From Thiohalomonadales bacterium (GTDB taxonomy: Bacteria > Pseudomonadota > Gammaproteobacteria > RBG-16-57-12): a DNA stretch of 64,000 nt. The notes beneath the pieces were generated by a model, which did no database searches, was not told the origin of the DNA, and saw nothing but the letters and a program-made list of their open reading frames with translations. Positions 28,901-39,108 of the stretch are shown here, in pieces (the first letter of the stretch is position 1; every line of letters starts with the position of its first letter). The stretch covers positions 88,529 to 152,528 of the forward strand of contig JBNKQQ010000024.1 of the NCBI GenBank assembly GCA_050295955.1, written 5' to 3'. A program made the position numbers and the translations under genes.

Positions 28901-29445
28901 TTATTGATAGAGGGAACGTAGGTATCCGTCCAAAACGAATTAACGGAATCCAGGTTATCGAAAGTAACGCCATCTGCAGTTTGATTTTGTAAACAATAGT
29001 TTCCGCCGCTTGGGCACTGACCATAAACACCATTGCGATCACGCATGGAGATGTTGCCAAGTATATTATGGAACATGTAGGCCAGTTCCGAGTAGGCCGT
29101 ATTGGTATTGGAACCGCAGTCACTATTGTCATAGGTAAGGCCTGAATACGAGTCACAACCCGGCTTTAGGGTTAACTCATCCCTAAACTTAGGCAGGCGC
29201 CAGTCATCGTAGCTACGATATACCAAATTATCAGCCCAATCCTTGGCTTCTTGCCAGGTCATACGTCCATCTTCATCATCACCTAGGGTCTTGGACAAAT
29301 CGACGTCTTTAATCCAGGTAATGTTTTGATCAGAGTCATAGACCATGCCACCGCCACGATCATAAAGCTGGGCTTGGGCACTACTGGCTAAAAGAATCAA
29401 GGCGCTAAACAAAAACACAGCGCGTATAGGCTTGGTAAACATCAC
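22954..29445 (-). CDS. Giant secreted modular protein 3 (2163 aa): signal peptide, DUF1566/Lcl-like domain, about 13 Ig-like repeats, CBM2 pair, DNRLRE-like domain, one Ig-like repeat, CBM2 pair
   Basis: Signal peptide MMFTKPIRAVFLFSALILLASSAQA with AGGAGA RBS. DUF1566 motif ...MTWQEAKDWADNLVYRSYDDWRLPKFRDEL. Repeats are linked by TPDPF/TPNAF. A CBM2 pair sits at about 24530..25220, a DNRLRE-like domain at about 23960..24530, one more repeat at about 23660..23930, and a second CBM2 pair at the C-terminus (22957..23620). The protein ends ...LPCHIESK without a terminal DNRLRE-like domain. Confidence 0.85.
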   Translation of the reverse strand: MMFTKPIRAVFLFSALILLASSAQAQLYDRGGGMVYDSDQNITWIKDVDLSKTLGDDEDGRMTWQEAKDWADNLVYRSYDDWRLPKFRDELTLKPGCDSYSGLTYDNSDCGSNTNTAYSELAYMFHNILGNISMRDRNGVYGQCPSGGNYCLQNQTADGVTFDNLDSVNSFWTDTYVPSINKVIWFGYTYGMQADAGYADGIANVWVVRDGDSSIADPVFDFIDVIDAPLNTYMPSNTVTLTGIHRQLPISVTSGYYKINDGQWTAMPGFVGENDTVTLSILSAPVMSTTTSTTVTIGNVSEVVNVTTVGPDLTPDPFFLNDVLNAEVSTNYNSNVITVKGIDAPAEISVVGGEYAVNGGAWTSAPSTVVAGDTFIVRRTSSDQYSTLVSAVLTVGTYSDSFDITTKEFVPDTTPDPFTLNSITNAERSTSYLSNTITVTGINTTASALVVPTNNAQAEYSINGGPWVTGYQDVVEGDMIQLRGISGPDWGDTVFATLSIGGESSTFYIFNRQPVTTVDAFNLVDVTDAELSTYYETNAITVSGPEVPVNITINNGGEYRINSGAWTTAAGTVEAGDIVTVRNLSSENFLTSNSTLLMIGSASDAFLITTRAAINNVDPFSFVDVTDAELSTLYTSNTITVTGPEVGAGLTVVGGEFSINGGAWQVAYSQVHDTVTEGDTITVRRNSSANFGTTVSVEVTIGTQTDSFDITTKAIDDTPDPLIFNTVFDAEIYTLYTSNSVTITGINTSVPIIIASSVCEYSINGGTWTNVTGTVENDDVVAVRRTSSSQYETDVSCTLRVGGDDAAIGIFHVITKAPDITPNPFSFVDVTDAELDTSYTSNAVTITGIDAGTSVSAVFGEYRVNGGAWTSVVGTVAEGDVVEVRRNSSTQFSTAVAVTLTVGTFSDAFDITTKAEDITPNAFSFIDVTDAELETSYSSNAVTITGINTATAVSIVGGEYRVNGGAWASTAGTVVDGDVVEVRRNSSTTHSTQVSATLTVGTFSDAFDITTIAADITPNAFSFIDVTNAEVDTSYTSNTVTITGINTATAVSIVGGEYRVNSGAWTSFDGTVVEGDVVEVRRNSSTQFSTAVAATLTVGTYSDAFDITTIAADITPEPFSFIDVTDAQVDTSYTSNTVTITGINTTTAISIVGGEYRVNGGSWTSAAGTVLDGDVVEVRRNSSTQFSTSVAATLIVGTYSDAFDITTIAADITPNAFSLIDVFDAELNTSYVSNVVTITGINTEADVSIVGGEYRINGGAWTSSVGVALNGDVIEVRRNSSTEYVTAVSAVLTVGTVSDAFDITTVAYIPGVDPFTFIDILNAELDISYISNTITVSGIEASVEVSIVDGEYSINRGAWTSDVGTVVAGDMIEVRKTSSTAYETTVSTILTVGTQSDSFDVTTRGIDDPVDPQSCVDPGSYKKLPPGQIVRRVKDPKIDDLSFNFVITDQWTTGYCATVNVVNNGNSSHHYPYGVIFTLPEDTQFRYGVDGPETWNGDAIREGDKVTVIYPDWQSRIGAGATDTSPFGYCVEGHSEPTNFEHYVPSFEEVAVLFEVTNQWMSGFCGQFKARYSGNKSYSVTPDRFNFRLPEGSVITESWNGDFVQEGELVSVDSADWISHLTPEQEATIYGFCATGKKLPCNYGTEIENQYTVTFQNGLDGYNGAQDSWVASGVPTSNFGGDRTMEADGDAALNSSGYGEGVALMQWDVSSIPADAIITSAEITVEVTDAAWDLYGLYAMNGGWTEDTVTWNSASIDANQGKLLAAWEPSGAGYHTIKLNFTGVDLVQSWLQGGNGGLMIRSMGTTDGVVINTSEQRKRAHRPSFKVTYRVEEQAAAIAAFSFSDVVDAELGQLYTSNSVTLSGTGIGVEASVTGGEYRVNGGVWTDQVQTVSAGDSVEVRAISAAEYGASVSAILTVDGVSDSFDITTKAAPVGQACSVSYQAPTSAEQAAAIQASLAGIEYSLNITSSSRREYCAQLVVTNTSNEAKAYPYGVQFDLPNKAKITGTWDADVQLNGNTVTAIFPAGAADIPANSQAPANGSFSFCVMGGSEPNTLNHYVPDFTQVDLTFSLLDQWSGGYCGSFQASYNGNDAYIPAPNAIGFTLDQSVAITDAWTGSYTRDGSNVTFTLPSWLSHINQGGSIDIETGICVVGELLPCHIESK

Positions 29446-30053
29446 ACTCTCCTAACAACCTGGAGTCCTACCGCGGATGTTATTAGTTCGTTCAAACGCC
29501 CGCTAAGCACTTTGCGATCCTACGCAAAGAAAATACAGTTAGCTAACAGACAGTTGTTTTATAATATTTGATCAAAGGCCAAGTCCCAGCGTCTGTGATA
29601 AAGTCACACAACTCTCAATTAACCCAATTTTTTTTTAAAGTTTTCACCTCTCCTGCCGACCGGCGATCAGTCGGTCACCCTAAAACATAAAAATTTCAAT
29701 AAAAATCAATTAATTGAGGAAAAATTATCATTATTTGCTAATATATCTTATCTCCTTGGTTAAATCATATACATAGCGATTAAATCGGCAAACATTGCGA
29801 GGAATCTTGTGGTGGCCTGAAGAATAAGAAGATGACTGCAGCAATGCGAAGAAACAAATTGAGGAGTCTCTGAAGAAGCCCAATTGCCATTCTACGCTAT
29901 GATTTTTTACTAAACTCAAACATATCTTACCCACATAGATACGAATACTTAGCGATAGCGGAGCAGTAACTGTGATCGAGAGCCCTGATGAAAACCAAGG
30001 TAGTGACCGGGCCTCTTCAGGGACACCCTAAATCGACACGGCAAGAAAGTAAC

Positions 30054-30085
30054 ATAAAAAAAGGCCGCAAACGCGGCCTCTCTTT
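30054..30085 (-). terminator. Rho-independent terminator of hemE
   Basis: On the minus strand: GAGGCCGCGTTTGCGGCC followed by TTTTTTT. Confidence 0.6.
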
Positions 30086-30115
30086 ATCGAAGTGCCTAGA
30101 AGCACATTCGCTTAT

Positions 30116-31180
30116 TTATTGGTGATATTTAGCGCTCAGCTCATGAACCGCCTCTACAAAAGCACCCGCATGTTCTGGATCCACATGCTGATGGATGCCA
30201 TGACCCAGATTAAAGACATGGCCAGAACCTTTACCATACCCTTCCAAAATCGTCTCCACCTCTTGGCGAATACGCTCAGGAGAAGCGTACAAGGTTGATG
30301 GGTCCATGTTGCCTTGCAAGGCAACCTTGTCCCCAACGCGTGCACGCGCATCACCAATATCAGTAGTCCAATCCAGACCCAGCGCATCACAGCCAGTCTC
30401 AGCCATCGCCTCCAACCACTGGCCACCACCTTTGGTGAACAGAATCACTGGCACCTTGCGACCATCCTTCTCACGGATCAGACCATCAACAATCTGCTGC
30501 ATGTAGCGCAGAGAAAACTCTTTGTAATCACGAGGAGTCAACACGCCACCCCAGGTATCAAAGATCTGTACCGCCTGTGCACCCGCCTCAATCTGCGCAT
30601 TCAGATAAGAAGTGACTGACTTCGCAGTGGTATCCAGTAATTTGTGCATCAGGTCTGGGCGATCGAACATCATGCCTTTAACCTTGCTGTATTCTTTAGT
30701 GCCACTGCCTTCTACCATATAAACCGCCAGGGTCCATGGGCTGCCAGAGAAACCAATCAATGGTACACGGCCATTCAACTCGCGACGGATAGTACGCACA
30801 GCATTCATTACATACTGCAACTCACCCTCTGGATCTGGTACGAACAGATTATTCACATCCGCTTCTGTACGCACAGGCTTATCAAAAACCGGACCTTCAC
30901 CGGCTTCGAAACGCAGGCCCAGGCCCATGGCATCGGGAATGGTCAAAATGTCTGAGAAGAGAATCGCTGCATCCAGAGGATAACGGTCCAGCGGCTGAAT
31001 AGTTACTTCGCAAGCCAGATCCGCATTTTTACACAGATCCATAAAGCTACCCGCCTGGGCACGAGTCGCCTTGTATTCAGGTAGGTAGCGACCCGCCTGG
31101 CGCATCATCCACACCGGCGTGTAATCCACTGGCTCTTTCAGCAACGCACGCAGAAAACGATCATTTTTCAATTCAGACAT
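30116..31180 (-). CDS. hemE: Uroporphyrinogen decarboxylase
   Basis: 354 aa, [36 protein letters not shown]..., the canonical HemE N-terminus. Confidence 0.9.
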   Translation of the reverse strand: MSELKNDRFLRALLKEPVDYTPVWMMRQAGRYLPEYKATRAQAGSFMDLCKNADLACEVTIQPLDRYPLDAAILFSDILTIPDAMGLGLRFEAGEGPVFDKPVRTEADVNNLFVPDPEGELQYVMNAVRTIRRELNGRVPLIGFSGSPWTLAVYMVEGSGTKEYSKVKGMMFDRPDLMHKLLDTTAKSVTSYLNAQIEAGAQAVQIFDTWGGVLTPRDYKEFSLRYMQQIVDGLIREKDGRKVPVILFTKGGGQWLEAMAETGCDALGLDWTTDIGDARARVGDKVALQGNMDPSTLYASPERIRQEVETILEGYGKGSGHVFNLGHGIHQHVDPEHAGAFVEAVHELSAKYHQ

Positions 31181-31281
31181 CTACTATCCTTCCCCAAAAA
31201 TTGTTCAATGCAAAGGCGCAAAGACACTAAGTCAAAACACCATCAGTATAATTGCAGACTTATGTCTGCTTATAAAACAAC

Positions 31282-31337
31282 AAAGGCGCCAATTCGCAAA
31301 GTACTTTTTATTTTTACTTTGCGACTTAGCGCCTTTG
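31282..31337 (-). terminator. Terminator hairpin downstream of gltD
   Basis: Nested inverted repeat CAAAGGCGC...TCGCAAAGTA-loop-TACTTTGCGA...GCGCCTTTG. On the minus strand it is followed by a T-rich run. Confidence 0.5.
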
Positions 31338-31355
31338 CGTTAGGTGTTGATGCTC

Positions 31356-32885
<1,530 letters not shown>

Positions 32886-35800
32886 TTAGGCCGCCGCCTG
32901 TTGCAGGTCTGCCAGCAGTGACGCCAACTCAGCGGCTTTTGGCTTAACCAGCCAGAACCGGCCAATGTAGCTGGCAAAGTTATCCAGAATCTCCTGCCCC
33001 CGCTCACTACCGGTCTCAGCCACATACTCCTCAATCACGCTACGCAGGTGATTGCGGTGAGCCTCTGTTGCTTCGGTACCAATACGGTGGATATCAATTA
33101 GCTCATGGTTGTAACGATCAACAAAGGTATTGTCCTCATCAAGGATATAGGCAAATCCCCCTGTCATTCCGGCACCAAAGTTAACACCAGTCTGGCCCAG
33201 CACAGTCAACATACCGCCTGTCATGTACTCAGCACCGTGATCACCGATCCCCTCTACCACCGCATGGGCACCGGAGTTACGCACACCGAAACGCTCACCT
33301 GCCAGACCTGCTGCCAGCAATTTACCGCCGGTCGCACCGTATAGACAGGTGTTACCAATGATGGTGGACTCATGGCTCTTGAAAGCGCTGCCCTTAGGCA
33401 CACGCACCACCAACTTACCACCAGCCATGCCTTTGCCAACGTAATCGTTAGCATCACCATCCAGGTACATATTCAAACCGCCCGCATTCCACACACCAAA
33501 GGATTGGCCCGCAGAACCCGTCAGCTTCAGAGTGATCGGTGCATCAGCCATACCCAGATTACTGTGGCGAATCGCAATCTCACCAGAAAGGCGAGCACCG
33601 ATAGAGCGATCGGTATTCTTCACACTGTAGCTGAACTCTCCACCACTCTTGTTCTCAATGGCAGAGATCGCATCAGCCACCATCTTCTCGGCCAGCTCCC
33701 CCTTATCAAAGGGCTCATTCCTGGGCGACTGGCAGTATTGTGGCTTGTCACTGTTTACGCCCGCCAGGATAGGTGACAGATCCAGGCGCGCCTGCTTGGC
33801 AGTCCCGCCTTGGATAGGCTCCAGCAGGTCAACACGACCAACCAGCTCCTGAATAGTACAAATCCCTAGCTGAGCCATAATCTGGCGTGCCTCTTCCGCG
33901 ATAAAGCGGAAGTAGTTCATCACCTTCTCAACAGTACCGGTGTAGTACTCTTTACGCAGAATGTTATCCTGGGTGGCAACACCAGTCGCACAGTTATTTA
34001 GGTGACAGATGCGCAGGTACTTACAACCCATGGCAATCATCGGTCCGGTACCGAAACCGAAGCTCTCCGCACCCAAAATCGCTGCTTTAATCACATCCAG
34101 GCCCGTCTTCAAACCACCGTCAGTCTGAACGCGGACCTTATCACGCAGATTGTTGGCCATCAGCGTCTGATGAGTTTCAGTCAGACCCAGCTCCCATGGA
34201 CCGCCACAGTATTTCACCGAAGTCAGTGGTGACGCACCGGTACCACCGTCGAAACCCGCGATGGTAATCAGGTCAGCATAAGCCTTCGCCACGCCGGCCG
34301 CGATAGTACCTACACCCGCTTCAGCCACCAATTTCACAGAAACCAATGCCTCAGGATTTACCTGCTTCAGATCAAAGATCAGCTGGGCTAAATCCTCGAT
34401 GGAGTAGATATCGTGATGAGGAGGAGGCGAAATCAGACCAACCCCAGGCTTGCAGTAACGCAGCTCAGCGATCAGATCATTCACCTTGTGACCAGGCAGC
34501 TGCCCACCCTCACCAGGCTTGGCGCCTTGAGCCACCTTGATCTGCAATACCTCTGCAGAACGTAGATAGGCAGGCGTCACACCAAAGCGGCCAGAAGCGA
34601 TCTGTTTAATTTTAGAACGCTTAACAGTACCGTAGCGCGCAGGATCCTCACCACCCTCACCGGAGTTAGAACGGGCACCTAGACGATTCATCGCCTCTGC
34701 AAGTGTTTCATGAGCCTCAGGAGAAAGCGCTCCCAATGACATTGCAGCCGAATCGAAACGCTTAAAGATATCTTCCGCCGACTCCACTTCATCAATAGAA
34801 ATCGGTGCAGTAGAACCTTTCAGACTCAACATGTCACGTAGAGCGATTGGCTTACGGTTGTTTACCAGAGCCGCATGCTTCTGCCAGTCAGCGAAGTCTC
34901 CACTCTCAACGGCCGCCTGCAGGGTTTTCACCACATCGGGATTGTAGGCGTGATCTTCACCACCATGCACATACTTCAGCAAACCGCCCTGCCCCATCGC
35001 TTTGCGAGGGTTCCAGGCTCGCTTGTGCAGTTGAGCATTATCAGCTTGCAGATCTTCGAAGCCTGTTCCCTGAATACGGGCAACCGTGCCTTTAAAGCAC
35101 AGATCAACCACTTCACGACTCAGGCCAACCGCTTCAAACAGTTGTGCGCCGCGATAGGAGCCAATGGTAGAGATACCCATCTTCGACATAATCTTATACA
35201 GGCCTTTGCCAATCCCTTTGCGATAGTGCTGTTCAACCACAGCAGGATCAACATCGCTAATCGCCCCCTGCCTCACCATCACACACAGAGTCTCATAGGC
35301 AAGGTATGGATATACCGCGGTTGCGCCGTACCCAATCAATACTGCAAAGCTGTGTGGATCACGAGCCGTTGCTGTCTCAACAATGATATTGGCATCACAA
35401 CGCAGGCCTTCTTCAATCAAACGATGGTGAACTGCACCGGTTGCCAATGCCGCATGAACCGGCATTTTATCTTTGCTAATGCCTCGATCTGACAACACGA
35501 TAACCACTTTGCCCGATTTCACAGCGGCAACAGCCTCATCACAGATCGCAATAACGGCCTCTTTCAAGCCACCTTCGCGATTCAAGTCGATGCGGACATT
35601 GGCGTAATCGGCATCATCCATCGCCAGCAGCTGCTGATATTTACTGTGGGAAAGAACAGGGGACTCCACCATCAAGCGTGATGCATGCTCTGGCGTCTCC
35701 TCGAACATGTTCATTTCACGGCCCAGGCAGGTCTCCAGCGACATAACAATCGCTTCTCGAATGGGATCAATCGGTGGATTAGTGACCTGAGCAAACTGTT

Positions 35801-37361
35801 GGCGGAAGTAATCATAAGGCGAACGAATTTGGCGAGACAACACTGCCAGTGGCGTATCATCCCCCATTGAGCCAACTGCTTCCTGGCCACTTTCAGCCAG
35901 AATGCGTAGCACCTGCTCGCGCTCCTCAAAGGTCACCTGGAACTGTTTCTCATAAGCCGCTAACTCATCATCAGCCATGGAAACACCGCAGCCATGCTCC
36001 CCTTCCAAATTGGATTTGAGACGACGGGCGTTATTGCTCATCCACTCTCTGTAGGGCTGACGGGACTTGAGCATGCTGTCCACGTCTTCAGGCAGCAGCA
36101 ACTTACCGGTTTCGGTATCAGCAGCCAGCATCTGGCCTGGCTTCAAACGACCTTTAGCCACGACATCCTCAGGCGCATAGTCGTAAACACCGATCTCTGA
36201 CGCCAGTGTGATATGGCGATCCTTGGTGATTACATAGCGAGCAGGACGCAAGCCGTTACGATCCAGCGTACATGCGGCATAACGGCCATCAGTCATTACA
36301 ATACCTGCGGGACCATCCCAAGGCTCCATGTGCATAGAGCTATACTCATAGAATGCACGCAGATCGGGATCCATATTTTCGATATTCTGCCATGCTGGTG
36401 GCACAATCAAGCGCATCGCACGGAAGATATCCATGCCTCCTGCCAGCAGGGCCTCCAGCATGTTATCCATGCTGTTGGAATCTGAGCCACTCAAGCTAAC
36501 CAGCGGGCGAATATCCTCCATCGGCAGCAGCGGGCTATCAAACTTGTGTCCACGAGCCAACGACCAGAAGCGGTTACCTTGAACAGTATTGATTTCACCA
36601 TTATGCGCCAAATAGCGGAATGGCTGAGCCAGACGCCATTGCGGCCAAGTGTTGGTTGAAAAACGCTGGTGGAACACTGCCGTAGAGGATTCCAGGCTCT
36701 CGTCATTCAGGTCTTTATAGAAAACCGGTAGGTTCTCCGGCATTACCAAGCCTTTGAATGAAATGACTCGAGAAGAGAGCGTTGGAATATAAAACGCGGG
36801 ATCATGTACCTCAATCGCCTTCTCAGTACGACGACGAGCAATATAGAGATGGCGCTCAAAGTCCTGCTCGGCCATACCTGCAGGTGCATTGACAAAAATC
36901 TGCTCGATCTGAGGCATAGAAGCCAATGACTCCTCACCGCAAGCGCTTGGATCGGTCGGCACAACGCGCCAACCCAGCACATCCAATCCCTCTTTGGTGA
37001 TTTCATTCTCAAGCTGTTTGCGGGCTTTTTCAGCTAGGTCATCATCCTGGCTCAGAAATACCATGCCAACGGCATAGAGGTCAGCCAGTTGATACCCCAG
37101 ACCCGCTGCTGCCGCACGAAGGAAGCCGTCTGGCTTACGTAACAACAGGCCACAGCCGTCACCGGATTTACCATCAGCGGCGACTGCACCGCGGTGGGTC
37201 AAGCGGGCAAGCGCCTCAATCGAGGTCTGCACCACCCAGTGGCTTGGTTTATTGTCCATATGGGCAATCAAACCAAAACCACAGTTATCTTTTTCGAACT
37301 GACTGCGGTAGAGGCCGTTTTCTTCTGGCTGCCTATTCATATCTGGAATTCTCTGCACCAT
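32886..37361 (-). CDS. gltB: Glutamate synthase (NADPH) large subunit
   Basis: 1491 aa. Has the Ntn amidotransferase start (C at position 2 after processing: ...[10 protein letters not shown]), an FMN/4Fe-4S central domain and a GXGXG-repeat C-terminal domain. Confidence 0.95.
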   Translation of the reverse strand: MVQRIPDMNRQPEENGLYRSQFEKDNCGFGLIAHMDNKPSHWVVQTSIEALARLTHRGAVAADGKSGDGCGLLLRKPDGFLRAAAAGLGYQLADLYAVGMVFLSQDDDLAEKARKQLENEITKEGLDVLGWRVVPTDPSACGEESLASMPQIEQIFVNAPAGMAEQDFERHLYIARRRTEKAIEVHDPAFYIPTLSSRVISFKGLVMPENLPVFYKDLNDESLESSTAVFHQRFSTNTWPQWRLAQPFRYLAHNGEINTVQGNRFWSLARGHKFDSPLLPMEDIRPLVSLSGSDSNSMDNMLEALLAGGMDIFRAMRLIVPPAWQNIENMDPDLRAFYEYSSMHMEPWDGPAGIVMTDGRYAACTLDRNGLRPARYVITKDRHITLASEIGVYDYAPEDVVAKGRLKPGQMLAADTETGKLLLPEDVDSMLKSRQPYREWMSNNARRLKSNLEGEHGCGVSMADDELAAYEKQFQVTFEEREQVLRILAESGQEAVGSMGDDTPLAVLSRQIRSPYDYFRQQFAQVTNPPIDPIREAIVMSLETCLGREMNMFEETPEHASRLMVESPVLSHSKYQQLLAMDDADYANVRIDLNREGGLKEAVIAICDEAVAAVKSGKVVIVLSDRGISKDKMPVHAALATGAVHHRLIEEGLRCDANIIVETATARDPHSFAVLIGYGATAVYPYLAYETLCVMVRQGAISDVDPAVVEQHYRKGIGKGLYKIMSKMGISTIGSYRGAQLFEAVGLSREVVDLCFKGTVARIQGTGFEDLQADNAQLHKRAWNPRKAMGQGGLLKYVHGGEDHAYNPDVVKTLQAAVESGDFADWQKHAALVNNRKPIALRDMLSLKGSTAPISIDEVESAEDIFKRFDSAAMSLGALSPEAHETLAEAMNRLGARSNSGEGGEDPARYGTVKRSKIKQIASGRFGVTPAYLRSAEVLQIKVAQGAKPGEGGQLPGHKVNDLIAELRYCKPGVGLISPPPHHDIYSIEDLAQLIFDLKQVNPEALVSVKLVAEAGVGTIAAGVAKAYADLITIAGFDGGTGASPLTSVKYCGGPWELGLTETHQTLMANNLRDKVRVQTDGGLKTGLDVIKAAILGAESFGFGTGPMIAMGCKYLRICHLNNCATGVATQDNILRKEYYTGTVEKVMNYFRFIAEEARQIMAQLGICTIQELVGRVDLLEPIQGGTAKQARLDLSPILAGVNSDKPQYCQSPRNEPFDKGELAEKMVADAISAIENKSGGEFSYSVKNTDRSIGARLSGEIAIRHSNLGMADAPITLKLTGSAGQSFGVWNAGGLNMYLDGDANDYVGKGMAGGKLVVRVPKGSAFKSHESTIIGNTCLYGATGGKLLAAGLAGERFGVRNSGAHAVVEGIGDHGAEYMTGGMLTVLGQTGVNFGAGMTGGFAYILDEDNTFVDRYNHELIDIHRIGTEATEAHRNHLRSVIEEYVAETGSERGQEILDNFASYIGRFWLVKPKAAELASLLADLQQAAA

Positions 37362-37497
37362 GCTTTGATTACTTGGATTACGCCGTGAGGCACATAAAGG
37401 AAGGACATCTCACGGCAAAATGGCCCGAGATTATACATTCGCAGGCAAATACATTCAATTACTGCGATTTTTTACAGAGAAAATGATCCCATTTATC

Positions 37498-38826
37498 TTA
37501 TTGGGAAGATGCAATATCCTTTTGGAATTCTTGATATTTTCTCACCAATGCACCTTTTGCATGCAATCGTTTTTCTACCTCAGCTTTTTCATTCAACGCC
37601 TGCTCAGAGGTCTCATAATTGCCATAAATCATGACATACCAGTTCCCACTACTGCGTCGAGCCCGATAGTAAGCTGCCTGGTCCTCCAAGCCCTTTTCCC
37701 TAATCAGGCTTTGTAATCGATCCTCACTGCGCAACGACATGATGCGTAAAGCATAATGACTGGAAGGCTGCTCTAAAATCCACGCATCTGCACGCAAGCC
37801 ATCCACTAAAAGAGGTAACTTCTCTTCCACGACAACCGAGGGCTCTTTATCTACCAACTCATCAACAGGAGATTGCGCCGTGGCAACAACCTCTTCAGCG
37901 CTATCAATGCTTTCAACTTCAGCCTGCCGTTCAGGCTCTACCGTTGGCTTTTCCACAGCATCCAACTGAACCTCAACCACCTCAGCCCCCTGATTTGACA
38001 TCAGCTCCTTCAATTCGGGCTCAATCTCTTTAGCAGGCATTGTGTCAGCATGGTTAGTCGGCATAGTGGATTGCCGCGACATGGTCGGATTCATCCACTC
38101 CCAAATACCATGCTGAAAATAAATCGCCCCAGCCAGCAAAGCAATCCCCCCCGCCAATCCTAGGTAACGTCCGGTTTTCCTGCCGGAGCTCATGTCTTTT
38201 TTAGCCGCAGCAATAGGATTAGTACTTAAAGATGAAGAGGGAGATGCCACCGGGAATTGCACAGCACTTAATGTAATATATTCGCAAGCAATGCCAAAGG
38301 GGGATAAAAATTTATCACACTGCCGCCGCAAACGTTCACCGCCTGCCAAAACGACACCGACAGCACCTTTTGCCCCCTGATAGAGCGAACGCAGTAATCG
38401 CCAGTGCTCATCTTCAAGCACATGAGCATCCACTATCATAAGCAGATATCGCCCTCCCGTCCGGCGCTGCCGCTCCAGGCGGGAGCACAGTGAAGCCGTA
38501 TCTTCCCTCCCCTTACCTAGATTGATATCCCAAGATTTGGCCAGAGATTGTATCCACACAGATTCCCCACCTTGCAGTGGCAGGTCTACTTTAGCAACAT
38601 GACCTGGTTCCTTCTCTGCCATTATTAGCGAATGGCTCATGGATTCCGACTCTGCACTATTTCCTATTAGCACATTAACATGCCGGGAATATTTCCAGGC
38701 AAATGTGATCAACTCGCGCTCAAACCGATCCACCTCAGAATAGTTTTTACTTTTCTGTGGCACAGAACTAGACACCGAAGACAAGGAAACACCATCATCT
38801 TGCTGCATACTTTCGAGCTCAGCCAT
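37498..38826 (-). CDS. SPOR-domain protein (DamX-like; N-terminal ExeA/AAA-like region without a clear Walker A)
   Basis: The C-terminal ~80 aa match the SPOR fold pattern (HYALRIMSLRSEDRLQSLIREKGL...NWYVMIYGNYETSEQALNEKAEVEK). A single TM segment is present (LAGGIALLAGAIYF). Its position downstream of aroB matches damX/PA5037 synteny. Confidence 0.6.
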   Translation of the reverse strand: MAELESMQQDDGVSLSSVSSSVPQKSKNYSEVDRFERELITFAWKYSRHVNVLIGNSAESESMSHSLIMAEKEPGHVAKVDLPLQGGESVWIQSLAKSWDINLGKGREDTASLCSRLERQRRTGGRYLLMIVDAHVLEDEHWRLLRSLYQGAKGAVGVVLAGGERLRRQCDKFLSPFGIACEYITLSAVQFPVASPSSSLSTNPIAAAKKDMSSGRKTGRYLGLAGGIALLAGAIYFQHGIWEWMNPTMSRQSTMPTNHADTMPAKEIEPELKELMSNQGAEVVEVQLDAVEKPTVEPERQAEVESIDSAEEVVATAQSPVDELVDKEPSVVVEEKLPLLVDGLRADAWILEQPSSHYALRIMSLRSEDRLQSLIREKGLEDQAAYYRARRSSGNWYVMIYGNYETSEQALNEKAEVEKRLHAKGALVRKYQEFQKDIASSQ

Positions 38827-38844
38827 GAAAATACTCTTTCATTG

Positions 38845-39093
38845 TTACAAGGAATCCCCTTGCATAAACATGACCCGATAACCTCGCCTAACCTGTGTAT
38901 CCCGCAGACTTAACAATTTATCCATGGCACTCTCCCTGTCCACAAAATGCTCTTTCCGCACCCTGCCAGCACGCCCTTGCTCTCCACTCTCCACCAGTAA
39001 ACTCCAACCCTCGATCAGATCCTCCTGCAATATCAATTGATAATAACGCGTAACGCGCTCCTGATCCGGCTGGCTTTGCATATAGATTCGCAT
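38845..39093 (-). CDS. WGR-domain protein
   Basis: 82 aa: RYYQLILQEDLIEGWSLLVESGEQGRAGRVRKEHF...RRGYRVM, a WGR pattern. It lies 15 bp downstream of dgt-like and 18 bp upstream of the SPOR gene. Confidence 0.6.
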   Translation of the reverse strand: MRIYMQSQPDQERVTRYYQLILQEDLIEGWSLLVESGEQGRAGRVRKEHFVDRESAMDKLLSLRDTQVRRGYRVMFMQGDSL

Positions 39094-39108
39094 AATGATT
39101 CGGTACTT

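Noticed and set aside
10069-29445. Possibility that the ~290-bp periodic repeats represent a CRISPR array or satellite DNA
   Set aside because: The repeats are ~288 bp, in-frame and translate to a conserved ~96-aa domain within continuous 4.5-7.7 kb ORFs bearing signal peptides. No short direct repeats with unique spacers are present anywhere in the window.
29731-29934. 67-aa minus-strand ORF in the region between giant gene 3 and hemE
   Set aside because: It lies in the AT-rich promoter or leader region, has low-complexity sequence, and shows no RBS or homology. It is a likely chance ORF.
34875-35492. 205-aa plus-strand ORF (and several others) antisense to gltB
   Set aside because: It is contained within the highly conserved gltB CDS. 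It is an antisense artefact.
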